Source of the DNA: Chiloscyllium plagiosum
Taxonomy: Eukaryota
DNA: 64,000 nucleotides
Direction: 5' to 3'
Assembly: GCF_004010195.1 (NCBI RefSeq)
Contig: NC_057718.1
Location: 87,803,012 to 87,867,011 of the forward strand
A program made the translations under genes and the position numbers. Below the pieces are notes generated by a model. It saw nothing but the letters and a program-made list of their open reading frames with translations. It was not told the DNA's origin and did not search any database. This document shows, in pieces, positions 26,630 through 38,689 of this stretch (within the stretch, counting starts at the first letter, position 1; each line of letters starts with the position of its first letter).

Positions 26630-26970
26630 AAGACAGACTTGCACTTAAAACATCTTTCACAACTTGGAACATTCCAAAAGCTGTACAGCCATTAAAGTGC
26701 TTTTGAACTGTAGCCATTATTGTAATGAGAAATGCAGCAAGCATTATACATGCACAGCAAGCTCCTACAAACAAAAATGTGAAATTGATTATATTGTCAA
26801 TTTTATTGATTTTGATTGAGCATTGGCCAGCTCACTTGGGAACTTCTCAAAATAGCATGATGGGATCTTTCATGTTCTCTGCAGAGGGCAGACTGAACCT
26901 CTGACAATGCAGCATTCCCTCAGTTCTGCGCTGGAGTGAGTCATCGATTATGTTCTAAAATTCCTGTAGA
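26630..26970 (-). mobile_element. Deu-domain SINE (SacSINE1-like), old
   Basis: TGGGATCTTTCATGTTCTCTGCAGAGGGCAGAC...GACAATGCAGCATTCCCTCAGTTCTGCGCTGGAGTG; colinear with 14290-14680. Confidence 0.6.
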
Positions 26971-28398
26971 CTGTCAAGCTAAAAGTAGTGATATTAAGCA
27001 TGATAGAAAATGTGACAGAGTTGCGAAACATTAATAAAGGTTTGCAAAATTTTCAGGATACAAGTGTTATACTTTTAGGAGAGTCATAAAGTCTGCAAGA
27101 CATTTCATATATGAAAACAGCACACGGACTTGATTTTGGTTCACTGTTTGTGTCATGCTTCCCTTCTACACCTTGGGTCATGCTGCAAAAGCAAGATTGA
27201 ATTTCCTGCAGTTGATATTGAGATTTAGTAATTGTGATCCACTCAAAGGGTAATTAATGCAAATAAATGAGAAATTTGAAATAGAATGAAAGTGAGTGGT
27301 TATTTCTTTCCATTTCAACCCACTGACTACAGGAACAAAATAAACTTTCTCGTAAATTTCAAAAAAACAAATTTAGCAAGAACAATTTAATTCATATTTT
27401 ATGTTCAAAGCCTCAGCCTTTGTCATAAGCTTGTGATGCATTCCTGTAAGATCTATCTTTTGTTGAAAGTATTGGTTGCATTATGTATTGCTTTTCATTC
27501 TGCATTGCAGGTATTCTCTTGAGTAAAAATGAAAGGCTGGTGTCCCCTCATGCAAGTTCAGATATGTCAGTTTATGGGAAAAAAAGAAGCATGCAGAAAT
27601 ATGACTAGACAAAGCAAATTTCTAGACAACATTGATATTTAGTGTGCTGTTCCGTTTAATATGCAATGCTTAGTTTTACGTCTGGTCAATATTTAACACT
27701 CAGCCAAGTAAACAAATTAAACTGTTTTAATTACATTGCTGAACACAGGACCTTATGAAAAATTGATGACCACACTTGCTACATTACAATATGATTGTAT
27801 TTCAAAATTACTTTGTCAGCAGTGAAGCAGTTTGGCCCTGTATATCCAAATCTTTCTTTCTGATTTAGTCAGAGAGAGGGAGAAACAGATGGATGATTCA
27901 CAGCAATTGGGTTTATTTTCACTCACCATTTAATTATGGAACACTGATTGCAAAAATTGTATTTATTGCAATTTATTTTTCTTAGTGGAATAATTGTCTC
28001 TGAGCTCATGATTTCAGGGTTTCTCCCCCGGCCCCAAAATAATTTTAAACTTAGTTGGAAGAGACATTTGAATCTCTGAGAAAAATATTTTGCGGGGTGT
28101 ATTTTCACCTAAGCTTTTAGTTTCTGCCAATTGATTGGCGCGTGCCCACATTAATCATGGCAAAACTCCAATCCTCAGGCATTGAACTGGAAAAAACTGA
28201 AATATTTGAGTTATGATCTGTAATGTACTACTTACAAAGGTTCGGGAACCAGGTTCAGTAGTAATAGATTCAAAACAGAATGTCTATCAGGAGGGAAATA
28301 GTGCATAGGGAATGAGCAGGTATCTCGGACTAAATAAATAACTTTTTCAAATAGTCACCACAGGCTATTGGACAAATTGGTGGCTTCTTCTGCAGTAA

Positions 28399-28606
28399 TG
28401 ATTTGGAGATGCCGCTGTTGGATTGGGGTGTACAAAGTTAAAAATCACACAACACCAGGTTATAGTACAACAGGTTTAATTGGAAGCACTAGCTTTCAGA
28501 GCACTGCTCCTTCAGGTGGTTGTGGAGTACACCACCTGATGAAGGAGCAGTGCTCCGAAAGTTAAACCTGTTGGACTATAACCTGGTGTTGTGATTTTTT
28601 TTTAAC
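28399..28606. mobile_element. Short fold-back Penelope-derived insertion, second family
   Basis: 13-bp TSD TCTTCTGCAGTAA at 28386-28398 and 28607-28619; inverted arms; core CTGATGA-A-GGAGCAGTGCTCC-GAAA at 28536-28560. Confidence 0.8.
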
Positions 28607-28740
28607 TCTTCTGCAGTAAGGTACTTTGGGTGAGATTACTGAATTCTTCTTGACTGAAACCTAAAAACAGTGTAAACCATAAGCTTTGGTACTTTTATCT
28701 AAGGTGTATAATCTTATCTGTGCTTGATATAACCAACATA

Positions 28741-29555
28741 GGAACAAATTATTGTAAATGCTGGAATCTACTGAAAACAACAAATGCTGTAGATCACAGC
28801 GAATTAGACAGCATCCACAGAGAGGAAGAGCAAGCTAACATTTTGAGTCTAGATGACTTTTCAGAGCTAAAGTGAAGTGTGGAGGGGACAGAAGTTTGAG
28901 AGGGGTGGGGGTAGTGGGTGTAGGGTGCTGGTGGAGAAAAAATGTTGATAGTTCAGATGTGAGAATGGCAGAACAATGATGTGCCTGTAAGTGTAGACTG
29001 GGTGACTGCTTTGCGGAACACTTCTGGTCTATGCGCAAGCAGGACAAATGCAGACTGGTGACTGCTTTGTGGAACACCTCCAGTCTTTGTGCAAGCAGGG
29101 CCCTGACTTTCCTGCAGCCGATCATTTTAACACAGCATCCTGCTCGAATGCCCATGTGTCTGTACTCGGCATTCTGCAATGTTCCAGTGAATCACAGTGC
29201 AAACATCTCAACATCTCATCTTCAAACCTTACAGCCTTCTGGACTTAATATTAGTTCAACACCTTTAAATTGTGAACCACCTCCCATTTCTTCTATTTCT
29301 TTTAGCTTGCTATCATGGCCCCACCCCCATTCCACTTTCAAGTCTGGCAGGAAGCACATCTTTGCTCTACCATTCTCGCATTCAGATCACTTGATCTCCA
29401 TTATTAACCTTTTTTCCTCCATCGGCATCCTACACCCTCTACCCACCTTCACTCCTCCCAAACTGTATCATAAATGCTGTCCCCTCTGCACTTCACTTCA
29501 GCTCTGGTAAAGAGTCATCTAGACTTGAAACATTAGCTTGCTCTTTCTTTCTGAC
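28741..29555. mobile_element. Inverted Penelope-like element remnant, third family
   Basis: Inverted termini GAGCAAGCTAACATTTTGAGTCTAGATGAC / GTCATCTAGACTTGAAACATTAGCTTGCTC; internal GIY-YIG-like RLGDCFAEH and ADHFN remnants. Confidence 0.7.
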
Positions 29556-32500
29556 TGATATTATGATTATAGAATTGATGATAAGGCAAGCCATTCAGAG
29601 AATTTGCCACTGAAATTTCTAGGCATTGAGCTACTTTCAAAGTAGCCTAAAAAGTGCTGACTGAGTGAAGCAGTTTTGATCTTTTAAGATAGGGTCAGTT
29701 TTGATGTTGGTGAAAAATTGACCGCAACAGTAATGTGATGGTCAGGACATGGCGTATTCAGCCCTGCTCTTAGCTTTTTATTAGTTTCATTAATAGAAGT
29801 CCAGCAAAGGAATAGTTTGGAATTTTGCATTTAAATTCAACAAACAAGCATTGAAAATAAACATTGTTTTAACCCCTCGTTTACAGTCTCAATTGCAGAA
29901 CTTTCTCATTTCTATTCATTTTTGCACCTTATGCACATAAAAATACGCACATAATCTCACTAACTATTTCACTTTTTCTTTTTCACATTGCTCACAATTA
30001 CTGCAGAGTCATTAGTTCTTCCACAGCATTCACTCACAATGGAAAAAGTATTTTAGTTTGCCCTTAAAAATGTTTTAAAAATTCAGAACAAAGTATTATT
30101 CAGGCTCCAACATTTGGAAGACTGCCTTGTGATTATTGCCGTAAAAGAACAAATCGTAAAATGTTTGCAGCTCAGACAAGCGTACATTTGGCCCTTTAAT
30201 CTCCTGTGAGCTCTCTGCCAGAATAGTTTAGCTAGTTTCGCTCCTGGCCATCTTCCTGTAGCCCTGTAAATTTTTTGAAAGCCAAGATTTAATCTGCTTC
30301 TACCAACATTTCAAGGAATGTATTTTGGACCCTAACCACTCACTGCATTTGAAACTAAGTGTTTCGTCATGTCATCTTTTTGGCTTCTTTTGTTTTATAC
30401 CCCTATCCTGTGGCTATTGATCTTTCCAGTGATGGAAAGAGTTCCTTTCTATCTACTCTGTCTAGGTCCTTCATCATTTTGAACACCTCTAGTAAATCTC
30501 ATCTCAACTTACTCTTCTCTGAGGAGATTAAACCAGCTCCTTCAGTATATCTACAAAAATGGGTAATTTTTCATTCTTGTTATTCTTGTAATTTTTTTCC
30601 TGATTTTTCCCATAAACCCTTTTTAAAGCTAAAATCACAGAATTGACACACTACTCCAATTGAGGACAACCAATGTTTAATAAAAGTTCTTCATAACTTT
30701 TTTTGGGTGGGGTGCAGAGTGGTAATGACATATGGCAAACTTTGTTTTAACCAGCACCTTATCAACCGACATACTTGATAAACTAGCAAAAATCTATATA
30801 CATCAAATACCATGATGTCTGAGTATTTGTGCTGTGTGTATACCCACAGCATTACGTTTTGATTTCTTACTGTGTTTTAATGTTGATTTTTAGGAGGTGT
30901 GTTGATGTGTTTACATAGATTTTTTTTGAGGGATGTTGATGTTTCAAAGGTTTGCTTTACTATGATTGTGTACCTCTTGATTATTTGGACTATTAAGTCA
31001 CCAGCATATTCCTGGTTCCATAGGTGCTGGTTCATAAAAGCTTTACTGTATTTGTATTATTTCTTTCAGTTTGGATTTTAGAATAGTGGCATATGAGGTT
31101 AGTTGCTTTTGTGAAGCATTTTTATTTTGAAAGCTAGTTTAAACAGTCGTTCTGGAACAGTGATGGAATATAATATGTTGTCAAAGAGCAGAGACTGTCT
31201 GAGTGCTAATGGAAGAATGTTTGTGCTGTGGAGTGTAAAAACATTCAGGGCCATTGGCTTGTTTATAGATTCAGAATAATCAAATCCTAATTTTAGTTTA
31301 AAAAACCTAGAGATAAATTTGAGCAACTCAGAACAGACCTGACTGGGGTCAGAAGTAAAAATAATTCTCTCTTTTCAAATAAAAAAGTATTTAGAACAGT
31401 TCTGTAAAAGCACAGTTGCCTCAGTAGAAAAGTTTAGTTTGTGCAACTTCCAGAACAGGACTGTTTGGTTAGAAATCCGCAGTTTATGTAAAAGCTAAGA
31501 GAGTCTCTACTCTCAGTTTTGTACAAATTCACATCAGCAATATACTTTGCAGTACACAGGACAGAACTGGGACAAATCAGCTATGTTACTATTTGAAGCT
31601 AAGGAATTGATAGAAATGAGAGAGAAAAGAACAAAGCTAGCAAATAGAAAAGAAACCAGATGCATGAGAGATTAGGATCTAAAATAGTGGAATTCTGCAT
31701 TGATTTGAGGGCTGAACGGTGCATAGTGGAAGGATGATGTGCAGTTCCTAGAGCTTCCATTGAACTTCCTTTGTGCCTTCTAAAAGGGCAATCCAGAAGG
31801 AAAGATAGAGAATTGAAAAGACAAGCAGCTCAAGGAAACTCTGTCATGAGCAATGAATACAGTATATTAAATAAAAGGATAAGTAAGTCAATATTTTGCC
31901 TGGAAGGAGTATTTGGGGTCTTAAGTTATTGGAAGAAGGTATCAGGCAAGTGTTGTGTCTGAAGTGCTTGTGTAGAAAAAAGCTACAGGAAGGGAATTGG
32001 TGTTGGCAATGATTTAAAGAGTAGACCAGGGAGGGAATTGTCTTGTTGGAATACTGGAAAGGGAGGGAAAATGTGTTTGGTGGCATCACAGTGCAGGTGG
32101 TGGAAATGACATGAGATGATCCATTGAATAATGAACCTCATGCTCATTTAATATCACCGCTATGCTATCTACTTGTATGTACACACATCCTTTTTGGTTC
32201 CTAATTATTCCCAAGCACCCTCTTATTATCTTGGGTTCACTTTTATGTGTGCTGCCATTCCTTTTCTCAATTGCTTTCTTTGTCTTTTTAACCTTTTCCC
32301 CTATTAACTTCATATAGTCAGCTTAGTTCTCCTTTGTATTAACAATGTGATATGAATCTAACAGCAGCCGCTCTTCCTGCTTCATCTTACTCAATCTCTT
32401 TTGCTAATCAGTGAACCCTGGCTTTGAGTTGCCTTTTCATTCTCTTCTCTCTCTTTACCCCCTTTCCCCCCCCCCCATAGAAGCACAGAACCTAATTTTA

Positions 32501-33844
32501 CCCAAACTATTTCTTCTTTAAAGATGATCCAGTATGGCATGGCTTACCAAGCTTTGATTCCAGTTTATCCATCTCCTTAAATTTGTCTCAATAGCTTCTT
32601 CTTATCTGTAAATGATGTAAACTATATGGTACATGGGAGTAGTGGAGTTTGGTGTTTGTTGGTAGGCATAGACATGGTGGACTGAAGGACCTGTTTCTAT
32701 GCTGTATAATGCTTATGATCCCTGACCCCCAAGTGTTCACAAGTAATGCTTGTTTCAGTTCACCAAATTCATTTCCTAGTACCAGATCCAGAAACATCTT
32801 CCTTATTGGGTCAGAAATGTAGTGCTAAAGAAAATTCTCCTAAACATGCTTCACCAGCACATTTACTGCCTGTACATCATACTATTATTGCCTCCATTAT
32901 CACCAATCTTTGGCTTTTGCAATGCTCTGTAATTTCCTTGCATATTTGCACATGCATTTTTCCCATTAGTCACTGGCCTGCAAAATATATCCATTAATGT
33001 AATAACACTTCTATTCCACCTTAGCTGTAACATCAGATCTGCCCTTGAATCCTGCAGGGCATTCGCTCTCTTTAGTTTCCATTAACTGCACAATAAAAGA
33101 CTTGCACATACTTCCTGTTATGTAATACTTACTTCCTATTGGGTGATGTTTTGTTGATTGGTCTAAAGTAAAACAGTTGCAACTCAGAACTGATTAGCTC
33201 GTGGATTTTGAATTGGGTATGCCATTGATACAGACTGAGTAAGTATTGAGGAACGACCAGTCAGGAGAACCAAATACAGCACAAAAAGCAAAATAACTGC
33301 AGATGCCAGAAATATTCAGAAGGTCAAGCAATCCCTTTATTATAGGAGTTTTAATACTTCAGATATAGAATTGACCTCTAAAAGGATCCAAAAAAATTCA
33401 ACCTTTTTAAATGACTAAGCGTCCTTTGTTAGTTATTCCTTCAGCAACTGAAATTTTTATGTGCAAAGTAAGGTTTGTAACAAGGACTTCTTAAAATGTG
33501 CACACTTCATATGAAAACTATATTACAAATTATTTTTGCACCTTTTTGTATAAATTCAAATATTTATAATTTATGCTTTTTTTATTTGATGTTTTTGTTA
33601 AAGTAAGGAGTAGGAGCAGGAGTAAGCCATTCAACACTTTGGTACTTGTTCTGCCATTTAGTAAGATTTACCTCAGACAAACATTCCTACATTTTCTCAT
33701 ATTCCTTAATCCCCTTAGTATCCAATAACGAATCCATGTATTTAAAATACACAACAACTTAGCATCTGCAGCTGTCTGGGCAGAGATTTCCAAAGGTTCA
33801 TTATCTTGCAAATGAAGTTTTTCCTCATCTCAGTTCTAAATGAT

Positions 33845-34425
33845 GGGGTGTAATTACAATGTTTAAAAGACATTTAGATACATGAATAGGAAAGGTTTGA
33901 AGGGAAATGTGTCAGGAGCAGGCAGGTGGGACTAGTTTGGGATTACGTTCGACATGGACTGGTTGGACCAAAGAGTCTGTTTCTGTGCTGTATGACTGTT
34001 ATGCCTCCGTGAGGAGCATGTATAGGATAAATAGACTAGGTCTTTTAGAGTTGTTGAAAAGATTTGTAGCTTTGGCTTTGGATGGTCATCCACAGACAAG
34101 GTATTTTTCCCCGGGGTGGGAGAGTGCACAACTAGAGGGCATAGGTTTAAGGTGAGAGGGGAAAGATTTAAAAGGGACATAAGGGGCACCTTTATCACAG
34201 AGGGGTGGTGTGTGTATGGAATGACCTGCTAGGGGGAGTGAAGGAGGCTGGTACAATTACAACAGTTAAAAGGAATATGGATGGGTATATGAATGGGAAG
34301 GGCTTTGAGGGATATGGGCCAAATGCTGGCAAATGGGACTAGATTAATTTAGGATATCTGGTCAGCATGGACAAGTTGGACTGAAGGGTTCTGTTTCTGT
34401 GCTGTATATTTTTATGACTTAATGA
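33845..34425 (+). mobile_element. Two tandem CR1 3'-end fragments
   Basis: TTTAAAAG...ATGAATAGGAA...TCTGTTTCTGTGCTGTAT tail occurs twice (ending ~33995 and ~34420). Confidence 0.8.
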
Positions 34426-35621
34426 CTGTCATAACACTCTAGCTTGGGGCAACATCCTCACACCATCTACTCTGTCAAGGTCTTGAAAAATTTTATATCC
34501 ATAAATGAGATCTATCTTCGTTCTCGTAACCTCCCTGTGCTACTCTTGGCTTTGGCTTTATTCTGATGCTTCACTCCAATTTCAGTCTTGCCATTTTGTT
34601 GAAAGGTTGGTATGAATATTAAAGGAAGGGGTTTATATCATTTCCAAAATTGTACTTGGAGACTTCACACACCCTCAAACTTGAATTTGAATTTTATACA
34701 TTTAACCAATTTGCATGTATGCTGTGGTAAATGTTTTTAGGAATTTTTCTGTTAGTTTGTGCAAGAGTGTCTCTACATGCTGTAACACTATCTGTTTGGT
34801 TGTTTTCAAAATAACTTGAAGAAAATATAAAGACCAGATTGCAGAAACTCTATTTTGCATCAAGTGCTTTTTAAGAGTATCTGCATCCCCCTTGCAACTT
34901 GACAGACAGCAATGATCACATACTCGTCTGGTTTTATTTATATTTAGATTACAAAGAATCTATTTTCCTCAGTGGAAAAATTAAATAGTATCTCTCTCTA
35001 CAACAGTATTTTTGTTTGTGTCTTTTTGTAATAATTTTCAATTGAAACCAGACAATGAATTTGAATAGGTTTTCAGATCCACTTCAAAACATTTCATTCT
35101 TTTTAACTTCAGAAAGCAAGTCAAGCTGAGAGAGAGAGCTGCAGAGACAGACATTCAAATTGTTCACATTTACTGTTTGGAAACAGTGATTTGTTTTCAT
35201 AAGATTTGTTTAACCAGCTGCGGTGGGTGAGTGAAACATCAATTATCAGTTGAATGAAAAACCACAGATGCCTTATGAGGTAATTCATTTTTTTGTATAT
35301 TAACTTGATGAGGGGGAAAGAGGTATTGTGAGTACTTGGGGAAGTTGGTTGGTCAGGAATCAAGCTGGAGTTGAAATTTGGGTGATACTGATATTAAGAA
35401 GTTCAGATGGTGACTAATAAATATTGAGTTCCTATGTATTTGGGGCAAGTGGAAAGTTGTTGAAATTAAGAGTTGGAACGTTGGCATTAAAATCTGGAGA
35501 GGTGGGTTTTTAAATTAGAGTTACAGCGCAGCAGGCAAAACTATCTCATTTTATAATTTTTTAAGGACTTGACATTTCTTATTTGCATCATAATTGTTTT
35601 ATTGTCAGGTTTTAAAATTAG

Positions 35622-35818
35622 GCGAAAGTAAGGACTGCAGATGCTGGAGATCAGAGTGAAAACCTGTGGTGCTGGAAAAGCACAGCAGGTCAGGTAGCAT
35701 CCGAGGGAACAGGAGAATCAATGTTTTGGGCATAAGCCCTTTCAGGGGTTTATGCCCGAAACATTGACTCTCCTGCTCCTCGGATGCTGCCTGACCTGCT
35801 GTGATTTCCTAGCGCCAT
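35622..35818. mobile_element. Short fold-back Penelope-derived insertion
   Basis: Perfect 15-bp TSD AGGTTTTAAAATTAG at 35607-35621 and 35819-35833; arms inverted about 35743. Confidence 0.82.
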
Positions 35819-36314
35819 AGGTTTTAAAATTAGATGACTAATGTGGAGAAATAGATTTGGGGAGCTGCAAAAGTTTAAGAACTGGGCAGGCTTCTTGGAG
35901 GAGATATTGAAGAACTATGTAAGTGCAGACCCGGGAATTTGGCTCTGGCAAAAGTGTTTATCATCACTGATCCCTAAATGAACTGTTAAATTTAATCATG
36001 GCTAAATTTAAAGATACTTCAAATCAACTTCACTCAATCTGAGTGAATACTTACCCTAGCATTCGGAAGGTAGCAGATCATGTGTTTCTGGCTGCAGTTG
36101 GGGGAACAGCTTTCAATCCTTTAACAGCACACTTGACCACACTACCCCACACATTCCTATTAACCCTTTTTCTGTGGTTCTCTAGCTTTTGAGCCCCTCA
36201 GAGTTGCTATTTGTGTCTGTACAATTAGGTATCCAGTACAGCACATCCGTCAGGTAGCATAATACCCTGAAGGAGGCTTTTACTACAAATCATCTTCCTC
36301 TGCCACCACAATGC

Positions 36315-36315
<1 letters not shown>

Positions 36316-36345
<30 letters not shown>
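36316..36345. repeat. Poly(C) homopolymer, 30 nt
   Basis: Uninterrupted C run read directly. Confidence 0.9.
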
Positions 36346-37098
36346 AGCTCATTATGTAGTTATTACTTGCCCTACTTTGCTAACTATGTCTTTCTTGGTG
36401 TAAAGTAACCATCTCATTTAAGGTGTGTTCCTGAGATTATTCTGAGATCACCCACACTCACTTCCTGGTATGGTGGTGCAGTAGCTCCAATTATACTCCA
36501 AATCACAGCATCTTGAACTAGATGAGTTTATCTCCTCATTTTACAGCTTTGGTAGTCCCAGACAGTCATGTTTCAAGACCTCTTAGCTTGCAGTTTTTGT
36601 CCAACATCATAATAAGAAGCAAAGATTTAGCTCAAGGTTGTAATTCAATTTGAGATTTACCTTTCTTATCTACTAATCTGTTATGAAAATTTCAATTGAC
36701 CTCAACCTCAACATTTTTTTTGGATGGAGAGAGCTGTGGTTAGGTGGGTGATGGTCGACAGAGGACCTGATTTATATTGAAAGCAAACCTGCTGCAAATC
36801 ACAGTGGGTCAGGCAGCATCTGTGGAGAGAGAGCAAGCTAACATTTCAAGTCTAGATGACTCTGCAGAGCTCTGATAATCTGAATAATTTGCTCTTGATT
36901 TAAGCTGTTCTATATGTGAACTCCATGTGCCTTTCTACTGCAATAATGTACGTGTAATAAGCTAAGTAGCGTTCTATATTGCTGTTAATCCATGAAGTTT
37001 ACACAGATTCATGATGGTCTAAATTACTAGCTTAAACTGTCAAAGGTGAGTTCACATGTTTCTAGTATTTAGAAACTAATAAAACCACTTTCTTTTAG

Positions 37099-37189
37099 AA
37101 AATGCCTGATGGGACACGAGAGCTTTGCTGTGATTAAGGCTTGCACCTTTGAGCCAACGCAGTGCCACACTTGACAAGGCAGAATACGA
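37099..37189 (+). other. TAB2: TAB2 5' UTR part of the first coding exon
   Basis: Acceptor CACTTTCTTTTAG|AAAATG at 37098/37099, upstream of the ATG at 37190. Confidence 0.7.
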
Positions 37190-37291
37190 ATGGCCCAGGC
37201 AAGTCAACAAATTGATATTCAGGTTCTGCATGACCTGCGGCAAAAGTTCCCTGAAGTACCAGAGTGTGTTGTCTCCCACTGTATCCTGCAG
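37190..37291 (+). CDS. TAB2: TAB2 coding exon 1 (start; CUE domain N-part)
   Basis: [34 protein letters not shown] matches the TAB2 N-terminus; donor CAG|GTAAGA; phase 0. Confidence 0.97.
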
Positions 37292-37364
37292 GTAAGATGC
37301 TGTAAAATCAAAAACACTGATTTCCATAATCTTATAATTGTAGTTATTGATCAATGATGTGAGA

Positions 37365-37923
37365 CCTTGGGGAGACAGGCCGCCTACTTGCGGAACGTTT
37401 CAGGGAACACCTCTGGGACACCCACACCAACCAACCCAACCGCCCCGTGGCTGAACACTTTTTAGCTCCCCCTCTCACTCCCACCAATGACATGCAGGTC
37501 CTTGGCCGCCTCCATCGCCAGACCCTGGCCACACGACGCCTGGAGGAAGAGTGCCTCATCTTCCGCCTCGGAACCCTCCAACCACACAGGATGAATATAG
37601 ATTTCTCCAGCTTCCTCATTTCCCCTCCCCTCACCTTATCTCAGTCCCAACCCTCAGATTAAGCACCGCCCTCTTGACCTGCAATCATCTTCCCGACCTC
37701 TCCGCCCCTACCCCCTCTCCGGCCTATCACCCTCACCTCCTTCCACCTATCGTATTTCCAGCGCCCCTCCCCCAAATTCCCTCCCACCTACCTTTTTTAT
37801 CTCAACCCACTTGGCACACCAGCCTCAATCCTGAAGAAGGGCTTATGCCCGAAACGTCGATTCTCCTGCTCCTCGGATGCTGCCTGGCCTACTGTGTTTT
37901 TCCAGCACCACATTTTTCAACGG
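37365..37923 (+). mobile_element. 5'-truncated Penelope-like element (GIY-YIG C-terminus plus pseudo-LTR)
   Basis: GETGRLLAERFREHL...VAEHF...RRLEEECLIFRLGTLQPHRMNIDF; flanking repeat TGATGTGAGA at 37355-37364 and 37924-37933. Confidence 0.85.
37827..37862 (+). ncRNA. Minimal type-I hammerhead-ribozyme-like motif
   Basis: AATC-CTGAAGA-A-GGGC-TTAT-GCCC-GAAAC-GTC-GATT: stem I AATC/GATT, CUGANGA and GAAA cores, stem II, ACGT palindrome, GUC triplet. Confidence 0.7.
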
Positions 37924-38039
37924 TGATGTGAGAACCAATGCATTTTATTTGCAGACCCTAATAAACCTTATTCATCATGGCAATGTTTGTAAAACTCCAG
38001 CAGTTTTACTCACAATACACTCTCACACCACTTCTAAGA

Positions 38040-38470
38040 TTGCCCTAAACTCCTTTCTCTCCCTCATATCCCATCATTTCCATCTTCACCCCATGTTGCC
38101 TGACGTACACCCACTCTCCACCTCAATCCTGCCTCTCTCTCCTTCTTCCCCTTCCCTTGTTCCTCCCCTCACTCCCCCTGTCTCCCTGCTTCTCACCACC
38201 TCTCTCTTCCCCTGGTCCCATGCTCACCTCTCTTCATTTCCCCTTATACAGCCTCTTCTTTCACTTGAACTCTCCTAATTACCTCACTCTCCCATCAATC
38301 CACTTGCCCCAACCTATCCTGTCTCTTCTATCCTTTCTACCCCCACCTCTCTTTCCTCCTATCCCTCCTTCCCTCTGTTCTTCCTTCAGACCCCCCCAAC
38401 TCCCTTCCTCTTTCACCCACCCTAACTCTCTCCGTCCTCACTTCCCTTCTTCGTCTGTGACCCCCATCCC
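38040..38470. repeat. Pyrimidine-rich low-complexity tract
   Basis: About 430 nt dominated by C/T on the + strand with very few G. Confidence 0.8.
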
Positions 38471-38689
38471 TTATTATGAACTGTACACATATTCACTACC
38501 GCTAACCTAACATCATCAGGTGAATTGACGTTTGGAAAGCCGAAGGGTGAAATTGATAGCTGAAATTTTGAAGTAGTTTGAACAATGTGTTTTTTTTTTC
38601 CTTCTTTTGGAATTTAAATAAATTATTAGCCAAGAATTTAAATAACTGTATTCATATTTAAATGAACAAATTTGCATTTTCCCACATTA

